DNA of 63,243 bases, counting the filler, from Dugesia japonica (Eukaryota): assembly GCA_001938525.1 (NCBI GenBank). It is 6 parts of 6 records of this genome, joined end to end, with 100 filler letters (N's around TTAATTAATTAA, not from the genome) between each part and the next. Parts side by side here need not be neighbours in the genome. Positions count along the whole stretch, not along the records: positions 25,089 to 34,366 come from MQRL01597135.1; positions 34,467 to 44,056 come from MQRL01184953.1; 4 more parts are not named here. One strand, written 5' to 3'. The position numbers were made by a program, and so were the translations under genes. This document shows, piece by piece, positions 26,188 to 40,590 of this stretch. The notes beneath the pieces were generated by a model. The model was not told the origin of the DNA and made no database searches. It worked only from the letters and a program-made list of their open reading frames with translations. Every line of letters starts with the position of its first letter. Position 1 is the first letter of the stretch.

Positions 26188-27006
26188 ATGTTAACCAAAA
26201 CAATATTACTATTATCTATTTTACTTGCTGCATATGGATATAATATAATTAGTGAACGAAATGACTACAGTTGTTTGAATAAAGTTTGTAGAACTGTGAG
26301 TTATCAATTATATTTTGACGGAAAATCGTATCGAATGTTAATTTCTTCTGAAACCCCATGTAGTTATTTAGCATGCTCCAATTGTACTTTAAAATCCAAA
26401 TGGGATCTCTTTCAAATAAACAATGAGTACTATCTAACTAGATCAACTCAAAATTGTTATGCGGAACAGAAGAAATATTTTACCGATATTTTCCCCTATT
26501 CAAATAGTCCTGGCATCAAATCCGTTTCTGAAATTTCCTGCGTTAACTATTATTGTTACAAATACATTTATGAATTAAGTACAGTTTTAAAATCATATTA
26601 TAACGGTAGTTGTGACTATTCGAATTGTCAAAATTGTAAAATGGCATCTCAATGGTTACAGAGATTTCAGTCATATCCTGATTACATGGAAAGACAAACA
26701 GAAGATTGCAATGCATCAATAAAATTAAAAATGGTTGACTTTTTTATTATTCCAAGTAAGATTTTAAGAGTAAATCCAACTTCTATATTTTCAAATTAAT
26801 AGATTATTCAATGACAACAGATAACATGAAGGATTATTTATTTATCGGTATATTGTAATAATAAAAATATTTAATGATACAACTAAATTTCAGAAACTTT
26901 TTGGGATGCTGGCAGAATTGTGGCTATAATAATTAGTTGTCTTGCATTCATCATACTTATAACGGTTCTCTCAATTTGTTTTTGTGGACGCCAGAAACCT
27001 TATTGA
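26188..27006 (+). CDS. Host gene with 3 exons (26188-26755, 26803-26847, 26894-27006): 241-aa type I membrane protein with two 6-Cys repeats
   Basis: Signal peptide MLTKTILLLSILLAAYG. Two GT-AG introns (47 and 46 bp) keep the frame. The TM segment IVAIIISCLAFIILITVLSICFC is followed by GRQKPY*. No disablements seen. Confidence 0.8.
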
Positions 27007-27457
27007 AAAGTGGATATTCTAAAGCCTTAATTAGTTGAAAACATATCATCTATACTGATTACTAGATGATTAAATTATTATTTGTCCCATAATGATTTAT
27101 AAACATGACTACGACTTTATTTATTAATTATAATTTAATGGCCAGGACTTTATTGATTTTAATTAATGGTTATGACTTAATAATCATGTCTTATTTATTG
27201 ATTTTCATTAATGACAGAGAACGTTTAATACATCGAGCTTGAAAAATATCGGAAAAAGCAAAAATGTATCATAAATATAGTGGGAGTAGATACTTTCAGC
27301 TTTTTCATTCAAGTGAAATATATTAGATTGGATAGATTATTCGAATTTATTTAATAAAAATTTGATTTAATAAAAAATAAACTATATTTTCCACTTTCAT
27401 TTATTCATTAATCGCTTTCCCTCATCAGTTGTTTTATGATTAATGATAATCAATATA

Positions 27458-27531
27458 GTTGGGTTCGCCCAACACTTCTATAGCATTAATTTTATAAATA
27501 TTATCATCATTCCACCTGTTCTAGCCCAACA
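27458..27531 (-). repeat. Possible internally collapsed remnant of LTR family 2
   Basis: The minus strand starts TGTTGGGCTAGAACA (as at 52220 and 46235) and ends TGTTGGGCGAACCCAAC. No TSD found. Confidence 0.35.
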
Positions 27532-27599
27532 ATTCTATGAAGTAGAAATATAATCTAATGACATGTTTTAATGATATTACTATAATATTTATTCAATTA

Positions 27600-27990
27600 C
27601 TGCAAGAAAATTTTCACCAAACGATAGCAAATAAGCCAATGAAATGAGCGTTGACCCTCGCATAAAATGGGAAAGTTTCAAAAATTAGATGCATGGATCC
27701 CACACGTTCTGGATCAATTCGAAAAACACCAGCGCGTTGCCATAAGCACCCCTCTACTTTCTCATCATTGCTTTACGCTGCAATAAAACCAATCTTGATT
27801 ATCACCAATTATCCCTGGCGATGAAAAATGGTGATTGTATTTCAGTTTAAAGTATGGGATAAAAAAGTAGTTATTCATTATGAGTTGCGTGAGAAAAACC
27901 AGATAATAACTTCTAAAATGTAATGCCAACAAATACTTCGGGTAGAAGCAGAAATTTGTAATAAACGACCTAAAAATAGAAATAAAAGTA
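27600..27990 (+). pseudogene. Mariner transposase fragment
   Basis: DAWIPHVL (WVPHEL-like), GDEKW and WD..VIHYEL motifs. Confidence 0.7.
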
Positions 27991-28119
27991 GGTAGATACT
28001 AGCTCGTATAAACACCCCCTCCCCTAGCAACAAATCTCAACGGTAATTATTAAATTTAGTATTGGTTATCGTGGACGTTTTTAAAAGATTTTAAAGATGA
28101 TCAGATTTTTGATCGGGAT

Positions 28120-31100
28120 TGTAAGTTACTGGTAAACTTTCTGAAAAGTCCATTAAATTGTATTAAAGTGTAAATCCATTAAAGTGTATTTCAAAATTCT
28201 TGAAATCTTTTGAAACATTTTCTTCAAACTTTAAATTGCGATTTTCAATTTTTAATCCTTACATCCCCTTCGATTAAAAGAATTTTTTAAGCTTTTCTAG
28301 GTTTCTTTCTAGCTCTTTTCTCTTTCTATTTCGTATACGATATCTTCTCTCATGTACCTTATTCTTGATCTTGTTTAGACCAGCGTATCTTTCATTGTCT
28401 TTTGTTCTAGTTTCTAGTTTAATCAATACTTAGTCTCCCACTTGAAATGGTCTTTTTATAGGTGTTTCTTCCATTAACTCTTTGTCATCTTTTTATCTGT
28501 CAAGTTATTGTTCTCTGTGAATTCTCCTACCGAATACTAATTCTGCTGGCAATATCCCCCAATATCTTTTGCCTTGTCACATTCATCATGTATTCAATCT
28601 GCGGTATCCTGTTACTCCAATTTTTTCTTCTATCTTCATCTGCGGCTGCTTTAATACAGTTTCTAATTGTTCGGAATTTTCTCTCTATATTTCCGTTTGT
28701 ATTGTGATGGTACGAACTTGAAAAGTGTATTTCTATATTCATCGATTCCATCAGATTCTTGAAGTTTTTCGATTCAAATGTCTTACTGCTGTCTACGTTA
28801 ACTTCTCTTGATGCTCCAAATCTCAGGATCCATTTTTCCATTATCACTTTTTTAATTGTCTCATCATCTTGCTTGCTGATTGCCGTTAGGCTTACGTATC
28901 GACTGCATTGGTCTGTTATTCCACATATATATCTTTGTCTGTTCACAGTCTCTCGAAAAGACCCACATACGTCCATATATATCTTTTCAAATGGACAATT
29001 TTCGCTTTTTTTTTATGTTGTCTCTTCTGTTGCCACCGTATTAACTTTGTTCTTTTGGCACGCTTCACACTGTCTTATCACTTCTGTGATTGTCTTCTTC
29101 AGTTCTTTCGTGTCGTAGTTGCTGATTATATAGCTGATCATTTTCTCTGTCCCTGCATGTATTAACAATGTATGTATCTCTTTGNNNNNNNNNNNNNNNN
29201 NNNNNNNNNNNNNNNNNNNNNNNNNNNNNNNNNNNNNNNNNNNNNNNNNNNNNNNNNNNNNNNNNNNNNNNNNNNNNNNNNNNNNNNNNNNNNNNNNNNN
29301 NNNNNNNNNNNNNNNNNNNNNNNNNNNNNNNNNNNNNNNNNNNNNNNNNNNNNNNNNNNNNNNNNNNNNNNNNNNNNNNNNNNNNNNNNNNNNNNNNNNN
29401 NNNNNNNNNNNNNNNNNNNNNNNNNNNNNNNNNNNNNNNNNNNNNNNNNNNNNNNNNNNNNNNNNNCTATATATTAGTTCCATGTCTAAGCTGCTAAGGT
29501 AATTCATCCATGTCTGGAATTGAGGTGTTATCGGTTTGTTGGTCTTTTTCATGAATACGATGGCTTTGTGATCTGTTCTCGTTATGAATTTTTTTCCATA
29601 TTAATAATGTTTAAAGTGGTTGCAGAAGTAGTAGATTGTTAGTAATTCCTTCCGTGTGATACAGTAACCCATATCATGTGATGTCATTGCGTGTGAGTTG
29701 TAAGCAATAACTCTTTCTTTCCCATCATCATCCTTTTGTGATAGGACCGCTCCTATTGCGTCGACGCTGGCGTCAGTATCTAAAATAAATATCTTCTTTA
29801 TATCAGGAAATCCTAAAATAGGTGCTTCTATCAGTACTTGTTCATTTCTGCGAAAGCTTTCTCACATCGATCTGACAATATTAGCTCCATGCTGTTACTT
29901 CCACATAATTCTTCTAGGGCTCTTGATTTCTTTGAATAATTCTTGATGAATCATTAGTTCCTATCAGCTCCACATTTGTCAGACTTCTAAAAATATTGAG
30001 GCTCATCCCGTTTATCTTTGCTACTGTATCCAAAAGGCAGTTCATATATCTTCCTTGAATTCTAACTTCCACACTGGACCTACCTTGCATTCTATCATAA
30101 TTTATTTTTACTTGTTCATTCTCTTCTAATACAGTTATTTTGTTATCACCATTTCTAGTTTCTTTCATTATAATGATATCTGCATTATACATATCTTTGA
30201 AATCTTTCTTTTAAAACGCATAAACTTTTCTGTCGACTCTTTCCTCTTTAGTTTCATCTTTTATACTATTAATTAAACTACTTTTACTATACATACTTAT
30301 ATCGCGATCTGAATTGTTTTTCAGTTCATTGCTCCAATCACCTTGACTTTAGATGGAGCTTGTCTAATTGGGGTCACTTCTCCATAGCTGTTTGTCTCCT
30401 CGTCATAATAATAAATATTATCTCCACTCTTTATGCACTTTTCATCCTCTTCTACCATTGCGTTTAAGTATCTACTGCCATCTCTTTTCCTGAATCCATT
30501 ATTAACTGATGTCTTTCCATTCGGTTTTGGGAATCTGTTATTATCGTCATATCTTCTGTTGTATTGTGCCGCTTCGTTTCTTTGTTCGTTATTCTGCTGT
30601 CTTCTATCATTAGTCCACACACCTCTTTTCTCCAAATTAATTTAACATTGTTCTGTATGATGTCCATTTTTTCCACATCTTGAACATCTATTTTTGTCAC
30701 AATTCCTTCTTATATGATTCTCTGATCCGCATGCGTTACACATTATTTTCTATTCCGGACAATGTCTGCTGAAACGACCTATCTTCTGACATGACCAACA
30801 TGTAATTTCTTTTTTATCTTCACTTTGAGTTTTTTTAACTCTTGAGAAGCGTTTTTTTGTCATGCCTCTTTTTACTGCATTGCTGTAACTCTCCACCGTA
30901 TTTATTTTATCTGTTTCTTTCAAGTCCTCCATTAGTTCATCATTTGCTTTTATTGTTTCAAATATCTCTTCCGAGTTAGTTAGTTTGCCTCCTTTAATCT
31001 TTATTTGCATTCTTTTATAGCGGCAACTATTGAATATTAATTTTTTTGTCATCTCTTCTTTGTCTAGTTTGTGTGCAAAGATTTTATAAACCAGTGTTAA

Positions 31101-31701
31101 AATTTTTTTTTTGTACACATAAACGTGTTCATCCGTTCTCTTGTATTTTAAAGCTTCCTCTAAGTCTTGTATTAGAGTAGTCTTNNNNNNNNNNNNNNNN
31201 NNNNNNNNNNNNNNNNNNNNNNNNNNNNNNNNNNTATTAGAGTAGTCTTTTTGTGGAACGCTTTTCTCAGTCGGTCCTCAAAATCTAATAATTCATCTTG
31301 GCATTCGTTTGCTTCTCTTAATTCTCGATCAATTAAGCCAACCACCAAGAGGTTTTTATCCTTTTTCTTTACACCAATACATTCGAACTATTTGGTGCAA
31401 CCATTGATAAATTGTTCAATATCGTCACCATGACGGTAAATTCCTGGGTGTAGTGCTTCTTGAATGAGGTCCATTGAAGCGTTGGGCACCCTGCTAGTTA
31501 CTGATAAACTTTCTGAAAAGTCCATTAAATTCAATAAATTTTTTTAACACAAAATTTCAAATCTTCAAATCTTCCAAAAAACTATATTTGTAAAATCTGA
31601 ATATTTAAACAAACATTTTAAATATTTTTAAAAATTTTTGAAATCTTTTGAAACATTTTCTTCAGACTTTAAATTGCAATTTTCAATTTTTAATCCTTAC
31701 A
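28120..31701 (-). mobile_element. Ty3/Gypsy LTR retrotransposon with both LTRs and 5-bp TSD GGGAT; RT deleted
   Basis: LTRs 28120-28263 and 31492-31701 (TG..CA). GGGAT at 28115-28119 and 31702-31706. PBS-like GGTGCCCAACG and a PPT next to 28264. Gag CCHC knuckles, protease LLDT, RNase H and integrase are present; protease joins RNase H at about 29945. Confidence 0.9.
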
Positions 31702-32256
31702 GGGATCGTGGAAATTTAATCCTGGGGAAGGGGAATTTTGAATTTGAGGATGTTTATGTGTTTGATTGTTGTGGCGGTTAATTTGAATTTGGTTTGGTGA
31801 ATATGTAGTGTGTGTGTGAGTGTGTGTTTATAAGTAAACGTGGACTCGAAAGGAGTGTGGGAGTATTGATTTTAACTTTTTGGTGTTTTTATGATATGGG
31901 CGTTTCGGGACAAAAATACTGGTAATATATTATCTGAAAGACTTATGAAGTAGGATGCATGGTCTTCTCAACAAGAGGTAGTAACGCATTTAAACAGCTG
32001 ATGAGTTATCACGCGCTCTTTTTTGAATGGGTATAGGTTTGTCAGTAGTTGTTGGATTTTGGTGGTTGATGGCTTGTTGAAGAAGTAATGAGATGAAGAA
32101 TAAGTTAGTGTTAAGGTGGAAGGTAATTAAAGATTTTTGAATCAATGATTTGATTGGTGAATCTTTGTAAGTAGTATAATAGAATTAAAAAAGTTTTCCT
32201 TGGGGGAAATGTATATGACTGGAAAGGGAATTAATTAATAAAAATTTAAAGATTTA

Positions 32257-33200
32257 TTAGGGGTATGAATAAGTTCACATCGCTGATTTATATGTTGAAT
32301 TTAAGTAATATTAATAATAATATAACATCTAAAAATGTGTGTTTTGTTTAAGTAAGTCAATATTAATTATATTTATAACATTAATTTGATAATTAATTAA
32401 AGTTTACCATATCATTTGCAGAAATTATAATGGAAGTAGATAAAATGCATATACGTCACTGCATGTTGTTTCTGTTTAATCAGAGCAAAACATCAGCTGA
32501 AGTAACTCAGATCATTTGCTATACATGTGGTGATGGAGCAATAGCTGACAGCTCATATCGTCAATGGTTTTTACGCTTCAAAAGCCGTGATTTTGATTTG
32601 AACGATAAATAATGCACTGTGCGGCCACATGAGATGAGTTTAGATGACTTGGAAGCACTTTTGAAAGAGCATTCTACTCAATTGAGTGTACAATTGGCAA
32701 GAAGGTTACAAGTAAACAAAAGCACCATAATTCGACGGTTACATCAGTTGGAAAAGATTCAGAAAGAACGAAAATGTATTCCACATGATTTATCCGAGAA
32801 CAACATTACCAGCCAACTCATCACTTGTTTTTCGCTTCTCAATAGACACAAACAAAAGTCTTTCTTGCATCGAATTGTAATTGGAGACAAAAAGTGTATG
32901 TATTAATCTAATCCCAATCGCAAAAGATCATGGTTAAGTCCTGGGGAACCAAGCACATCACAGCCGAAACTAAATATTCATGGTCACAAAGCTCTTCTTT
33001 GTATCTGGTGGGACATTCACGGAGTTTTTTATTATGAACTGTTAAAACCATCAGAAACTGTTACTGCGGAATTATACAGTCGCATATTGAAGCAGTTGGA
33101 AGAGAAATTAATTGAAAAACGGTTATTTTATGCGACCAAACAGAACAATGAGATTCCTCTGCACGACAAGGCCAAACCCGATGTTGCATTAAGAAATTAA
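32257..33200 (+). mobile_element. Mariner element, 3'-truncated; transposase pseudogene 32430 to about 33200
   Basis: TA followed by a TTAGGGGTATGAATAAGTTC TIR-like start. HIRHCMLF, QWFLRFKS.DFDL, CIPHDL, IVIGDKK, WWD..GVFYYELL and LHD motifs in one frame with stops. Confidence 0.9.
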
Positions 33201-34366
33201 GAATTTATCAATATTTTCCAACATTTCTTCTTTAATGAGATCAAAATTCATTGTTAGTAAAATAATTAATTTAATTTTGTTTATATTTAACATGTATAAT
33301 GCATGCTCGCGTCATGTTCATAAAAAACTTAATAAATAATAAGAAATAATAATAACATTTTATTTTGGTTATACATTTACAAAATGTGCTTTCTTTTTCG
33401 GTTTTTCTTTTCCATTATAATCTAAATATATTAAATATCATTAATAAATAATAAATAATAAATTACTTATGTTTAAAATAATGTTCTTAACAAGTCTGAA
33501 TCGAATATATATATTTATATGAAGTTCCTGTAAAGATCGTTGCTTTCCCGACGGATCATCAAGTCGAACTAGAGTATCTAGATGGAAGGAAATACAGAAG
33601 ACATGAATGACTGAAAGATTATCACAGTTCTGAAAGAAAAAGAGAGTAACAATAAAATAATATTGTTGTTTAAATATTCAGAAATTGTTTATATACTAAA
33701 TTTTTGAAAAGCGTATTATTATTTGATGTGTCAAGATGGCATTGTAACTCCGCAAAATATACATTCTTCATCATCATCTGGTTACCCCTCTGCTTGCTCC
33801 TCATTCTTCTAATCATTTGGTTCTATGCTTGCTTCCTTTATTCCTTCTTTCTCTTAAATACTTAATAATCAGTTTATGTTTAGTAAAATCAATATGCTGT
33901 TGTATGTTTTCACCTTTTGACTATAACTTACACATTGTTATATGGTTTTCTGGTTACTCTATAGCTTTTGTACGATAAAGTAAAAAGGTTTTAATTATAA
34001 TTGAATTTTATAGTTGTTGATTTTTATTAGAAATAATATGAGATATTCTAGAGTTACAATTAATAAAGAATGTATTTGTATACTGGCCTCCTGAAATTCA
34101 CTAGGACAAGATATAAATTAAAGTATAGGATTCTAAATTGATACCGTAATCAAAATATATTTTTTGTGTTCATTTTTATGTGCTTATTCATATAATTAGT
34201 ATAAAGAATCTATTCTGGGGGAAATTATTGAAGAATACCTTGAAGATATAAATAATGTACTTGAATAAAACCTGATAAAATTTCTAGTGTATTTTATATC
34301 TGTAAGTAGTTTCCTCAGAATCGTTTATTTTGTTATTTGTTTCCATAAAATTAACACTTGAGTTGT

Positions 34367-34466
34367 NNNNNNNNNNNNNNNNNNNNNNNNNNNNNNNNNN
34401 NNNNNNNNNNTTAATTAATTAANNNNNNNNNNNNNNNNNNNNNNNNNNNNNNNNNNNNNNNNNNNN
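34367..34466. other. Artificial assembly spacer
   Basis: 44 N + TTAATTAATTAA + 44 N. Confidence 0.95.
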
Positions 34467-35479
34467 AATTAGTACCTTTTTATAATTTTGAAACTCAGAA
34501 TCTATTTGATAAATTTTCTCTATTCAAAGAATTATGATTCATTGAAAATAAAGAAACTCTATATTTATCTATGGTTTAATTGATTGAAATTCTTAAATCA
34601 AAGCATGAGTTCTTCAATTATATTTGTTTTGAAAATAGTAAATTTGTTTGTGTATCGAAATCTTTCTTTCCATCGGTTGGTTTTCTGAAAGGTTCATCAG
34701 TTATTTTGTTAGACTTAGGACAATTTAATTTGATCGAAATGCATCATACTAATGATGAATTAATATTTAATCTATCCATTTCGAACTTTGATAAAAATTA
34801 ATTGAATTGATTTGTTACTTAAACTGTTTAAAATCAAAAAATTCCATAAAATTTTGTATTCATCAACATTTTGGAGAATATATTTTAAACTTCTTTTTGA
34901 GGAAGCAGAAAAAATGGATCTTGATAATTTTGAGTGATCCGTCTCTACTTTAATTGATAAACTACCTTACAATCTTACTATTTTAAAATGGGCTTAGAAA
35001 AAATGAAGGACTTTAAAAAATGGAAATTGTCTACTAAAATTGATCTTATAAATGATATAATTTCCCCATTGACTATCAACATTAGGTTTCAAATATATAA
35101 TAATTGTCGTAAGATTTGTAGCTCTGAAATAAAAAATTCTTGATAAATTAAAATTATCGGTTGATAATTAAGTTAAAATAGATATGATGTCTGAAAACAA
35201 TTTATTAAATTTCTCCCAAAATAACAATAATACTTTCTTTAAAATTTGTGATAAGCCAGACTCTATCTTTTTAAAAAATGCCTAGATTTTCTTACGTCAC
35301 AATACCACACTGACGTTGATGAAAGTGAAATTAATAATAAATGTGATAATATACATCCATTCATGCCAATTATGAATAAAATTAGATCCAGAGTATTGAA
35401 GAATAAAATTAATGTCACAAAATGAAATGAAGTGTCTGCATCAGCCTGTACTCCTCACTGTACTCAGCCAGTTAAACTC

Positions 35480-35997
35480 ATTGCAGTGACTGATGAAGAA
35501 AGCGAGATTCACATATTTGGTTTACTGAAAATGACATTGACATTTATTTCATGAAATATATTCATAATCTAATTTACACCAATATTAAAACCTACATTGT
35601 AGAAATACTTTCTTCCAATATTAGTTATGATATTGTTACTATTCCCAAAAATATCCATAAAGCAAAAATAATATTCTGTCCTCTAAACATTAAAAGTTCT
35701 CGTTGGATCCTCTTTCTTTATAATAAAATCACATTGACATCTATTTACATTGATCCCATTTATAAATTTCAACATAAAATTGACAATAAAATACGCGCAC
35801 TTAAATTAAACACTACACTTAAACTTTTTAAAATGTATTTAATCTTGTGTTATATTCCTCACAAAAATATCATTTACCAAAAAAATCTAATGATTACGGG
35901 CCTTTTACTTGCGCTTAATCTGTTTACATACGTGTGGAATGAGACTCAATTCCTGATGGATTCATTGAAGACATTAGGAAGAAAGTTCACAAATTGA
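35480..35997 (+). pseudogene. Degenerate Ulp1/C48-like peptidase domain, probably transposon-derived
   Basis: IIFCPLNIKSSRWILFLY...YIDPI and, in a shifted frame, NDYGPFTCA. The catalytic His and Cys appear substituted. Confidence 0.45.
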
Positions 35998-37134
35998 AAA
36001 AGTGTCGCATACAGGAAAAGAAAAAAGGTAAATCTGGTGGTGGGGCTTTTCGATCTAAAATGCCTACTGTTAAAAAATTAAGAAAGCAATTGCAAATTCC
36101 AAAAGTTTTAAATTGAAATTAAATAATATTGAGTTCAATAAAGAAAAGCCAAAAAATGGTATATTAACTTTTCAAATATTTTCGTATTACCCCAAAATAT
36201 TACTGATAATCAAATTGCACAAATGATCCAATGCTCGTAGATTACATTTCACTTAAACATTTCAAAAATATTGATTGTGTGTTAGCAGTTATTCGTAATA
36301 CAAGTGTTCGGTGTTTATTTGTATACTTTTTAAAACTTAAATCTATGCAATTGATGATAATATAACTGATTTTTTAAATAGATGTTTCCTAGGTAAAAAT
36401 TTAAAGTCCTGAAGGAATGATGAATTATATCATCTAACAATATCATCAGTGATATGTAGTGAAATGGAAATGATATGTAAAGAAAGAAGAGATAAAATTA
36501 TATTAGAATCTAATAACGATATTAAGATATTTTTAAGTATTCGTGTAATATCTCCTAAAGATGGAGACTGAATTGGAGCATTCGTCAGCAGTAATTAATG
36601 AATATAGTATAGAGCTTCCAGATTCGTCAAAGATAATGAATGATCAATGATCTGTTCAACTTATTTATCGAAGTAAAATTATGATTTCCACATTAATATC
36701 GCTTGAATTGATGAGATTCAATTCAGGAGTTAAATAACTACATAATTAACAGCTTGATAAAATTAATACTACTATACTTAGATCGCAAGGAGATTTATGT
36801 ACACGGAGGCTGAACAATCATTAACGCCAGCAAGATATTCTTTAATGACAGAATTGTCAAATAATATGCCGATTCTGATGGACTCTCTTTATCTGAAGAT
36901 TACAGATGCCGAGCCCTGGTGGGTGGTCATCGATAGATTAAAATGAAAGGACGATCAAATACAATTGTTGGAAGAAAAAATATTATAAGAGCGACAGCAT
37001 ACTGAAAGGTTACAGAAATAAGATAGCATGAAGGAACTCATGGATCGAAAGAACAGCAGTATGAGTAGAACTTCCCATGATTTTAATTTATGTTATTGAA
37101 TAAATTATGGTTTAATAATTGACTTTTTTAGTAG

Positions 37135-40100
37135 TGTAACAAAAATATTTCATAAAAAAATTTTAAAAAAACTCAATTTTATAGGATACGCAGAACATGC
37201 CATATCCTTTGTTAGATGAGTTTAAAGAAATCATCGGATTATCAACATCAAAATTCAACTCCATAAAATTTATTTCAAATAAAAACAAACATTTGTTTTA
37301 TTCAAACAAATTAAAACCCATGCTTCAATTGAAAATTATTTTCTAATAAATTGAAATTTTAAATTAAAACTTTATTTAAAATACTTCGAAAATTTAAGAA
37401 AATAATTATTTCTTATCGAAATTTCATTTAAAACTTTCACAAAATTTTAATACAAAACATTATTCGCTATATAAATATTTAATTTTACAAATTTTAAAAC
37501 AAAACATCATTCGCTATTAAAATATTTAATTTGTAATTTTACAAATTTTGAAAATAAAAATATTTGTGAATGAAAAATATTTGTGTATAAGAAATATTTG
37601 AATTAATCTTTAACTACACAAAATTTTCGTACCAAAACTTTCATTTAATTTATTTTAATTTATTGATTAATTTGTGACTTCCAATTTTTGAATAAGAAAT
37701 GTTAAAAAATAAATTCCAATCAAAGCACAAAATTTCAACTCGCTTCAAAACACACTCACATCCTCCCTTATAAGAATTTTTTTGATCTTCTCTACGTTTC
37801 TTTCGAGAATTTTTCCGTTTGTATCTTCCAGAATGTAACGTCTGTCATGAATCTTCCTCTTGATCTTATAGAGCTTTTCAAAATGATCTTGTTTCAGCTT
37901 TCACCGACATTGAATTGTCTTTAGATTAATATCTCTTCTTCTTGTTCTTTGTGCACTCTTAGGGTATTTGTTTCATAATATTTTCCTCTGCTAATTCTTT
38001 CCCCAAATACGACTTCAGAAGAGCTTTTCCCAATAGTTTTCTGTTTTGTAGCATTCAAGGTAAATTCTCAATTCATCCGCTCAATCTGAGGTTTTTCTTT
38101 CTTTACGTGTTGCATTAATCTTATCCCGGATAGTTCTAAACTGTCTCTCGATTTGCCTATTTGTGTTATGATGATATGGACACGAAAACTTATGGGTAAT
38201 TCCATGTTCAGCTGCAAAATCTTTCATTGCTTTAGACTCAAATGCTCTTCCATAATGAACTCTAATTTCTCTCGGACACCCGAACTTTAATATCCACTTC
38301 TCCAATATTGCTTTCCGTATGGCATCTTCACCTTGTTTTATCATTACTATCAAGGCTACATACCTACTGCATTGGTATATTATACCGAGAACATATTTAT
38401 TTGATCTCTTGTCTCCGGCAGTGGTACACACACATCTATAAATAACAGTTCAAACCTTTCAGCAGACTGCGTTTTTTTGTTTCTTCCTTCATTTTTGTTA
38501 TCAATATTTAAGCTTTCTGGCATGTTATACAACTTTGGACAATTTCTTGTACCTTGCTCTACAAATGTTTCGCGTTATATTTATGCTTTATATAAGCTGC
38601 TACCTTTTCTGCTCCAGCATAACACAAAAGATTGTGTATCCTCATTATAACCTCTTCTACTTTTTAATCAGGTATCCATGTTCCTTCATCATTCTCACCA
38701 AAATTGCCTGGTTTTCCTTGAATATATTCTGTATTTAACATACTTGTTTTCAATTTTCTACTTTTATGATCTTCATGTGACATTAGACATTGTGTACATG
38801 TACCGCATTCATTCCTTGAAAACATATCGGCATTTGCATGAAGCGATTCTTTTCTATATTCTAATTTTATCTCTAAACTGCTCAAATGATTATTCCAGGT
38901 TTGAAACTGTGATGTAATCGACTTCTTGGTATTTAGCATAAAAGTGATGGCTTTATGATTTGTCCTGAAGATAAATCTCTTCCCATATAAGTAATGTTTG
39001 AAATGAATACAAGAGTAGTAAATTGCGAATAATTCTTTCCGCGTAGTACAATATCCCTTCTCATGACTCGTCATTGAGTGTGACCCATATGCAATTACTT
39101 TTCTTGGTCATTGTTGTTCCTTTGAGATAGTACTGCCCCAATCGTATTGAAACTCGCATCCGTGTCCAAAGTAAATCCTCTATTTATATCTGGAAAACAT
39201 TATATTGAAGACATTATTAGTGCTTCTTTCATTCCATTAAAAACTTCTTCTAATTTGCTCACCCATTCAATTTTCTTGTTGCTTTGTTTTTATCTTGTTG
39301 CTTTGCCATTATCATACAGATTTTTGATGGTCTCCTCAATCCTCTACTCTAGATTCATTGGTTGGCGATATGGCGTTATGTTGATTGGACCTCTTTTAGT
39401 GATTATTCGATGCTTCCTTAAGTGTGTACATCCAATTGCCCATTTATCCGTCATAAATACATCATCATTATTCTTAATAATTTCAGTTAATCTATTATCT
39501 TTAATAATTTCTAGAATCTCCATTGCATATCTCAATCGTTCACTCATCTGTATCTGCCTTCTAAATTTTGCCTCAATGTTGCAAAACAATTTTTCTCGAT
39601 GATTATTGATGTCTACCCTGCACATTTTTTGAAGATGATACCCAAAAATATTCTGAAATCCACTCCACCAATTAGATCTGGTATTACTTTCTCTACTATT
39701 ATAAATTTTACTTCCTTGCACACCTCTGAAACTACAACTTCAAAACGTATCTTTCCAATCGTCTCCATTGAGCAGTTATACGCGCAATGCAATCGTTCCT
39801 TGTTTATCTTTAACATTGTTTCTCCAAGTCAATTAAATCCTTTCATGCTCATCACATTTATTCTTGCTCTTGTATCTAGCAAACAATCAAACTGTTCACC
39901 TTGATAATTACTGAAATGCTAGGTCTCCCTTGCATTTTATCATACGAAATTTTTGCATTCTGTTTTTCTTCAATTATTTCTATCACTTTTGCTTTGTTAA
40001 CTTCCGCATCATTGAAAATTTCTCTTTTTATGAATCTGTAAACCTTTTCACTGACTTTAATCGTCTCATTCTATTTCTCGGCCTCCAAACAGCATCTTGT

Positions 40101-40590
40101 TAAAAGGAATGGCTACGACCAACTCCTTTACTGATGGAGCCCTGCCTTTTTGGTATTCTCTTCTCGGATCTTCCTTTTCTATTATTCTCCCAGAAAAAAT
40201 CTCGTCATTCTCATCATCATTCTCTTCTTGAATGGCATGGATTTGTTTGGTCCTACTCCAATCTTTGTCTGCTGTCCGCTTTTAAAATTGTATCTTCTCT
40301 CTTCTAGTCTAGGTTCATTAATGTTAGAATTACATTCTTCTGCTATGTGAGCTAGTCCTTTACATCTACCGCATACAATTTCTGCGCACATCCTTTTGAT
40401 ATGACCAATTTTATTACACCAAAAACATTTTGGTGGTTTCTTGTCTGTATAATTTCTACTTAAATGTCCTTTCTTGTGGCAAGTCCAACATTCCACTTGA
40501 GAAATATTTGGACACTCTTTTCGTATGCACATAACTCTGGCATATCCAACACTGTGGTTCTGTTCTTTTTGTTATTCTCTCGTTATTTTG
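37135..40590 (-). mobile_element. Ty3/Gypsy relic: gag knuckles, protease, RNase H, integrase, PPT and probable 3' LTR (37135-37760); RT deleted
   Basis: CWTCHKKGH and CFWCNKIGH knuckles; CLLDTRA; LDTDASFNTIGAVLSQ; PYHHNTN.QIERQFRT; PPT AAGGGAGGA before TGTGA at 37760. Confidence 0.85.

Noticed and set aside
26119-26799. 226-aa single-exon secreted protein as given in the ORF track
   Set aside because: The GTG start precedes a better ATG with a signal peptide at 26188, and the ORF end runs into an intron.
29168-29502. ORFs consisting mostly of X
   Set aside because: Artefacts of N runs.
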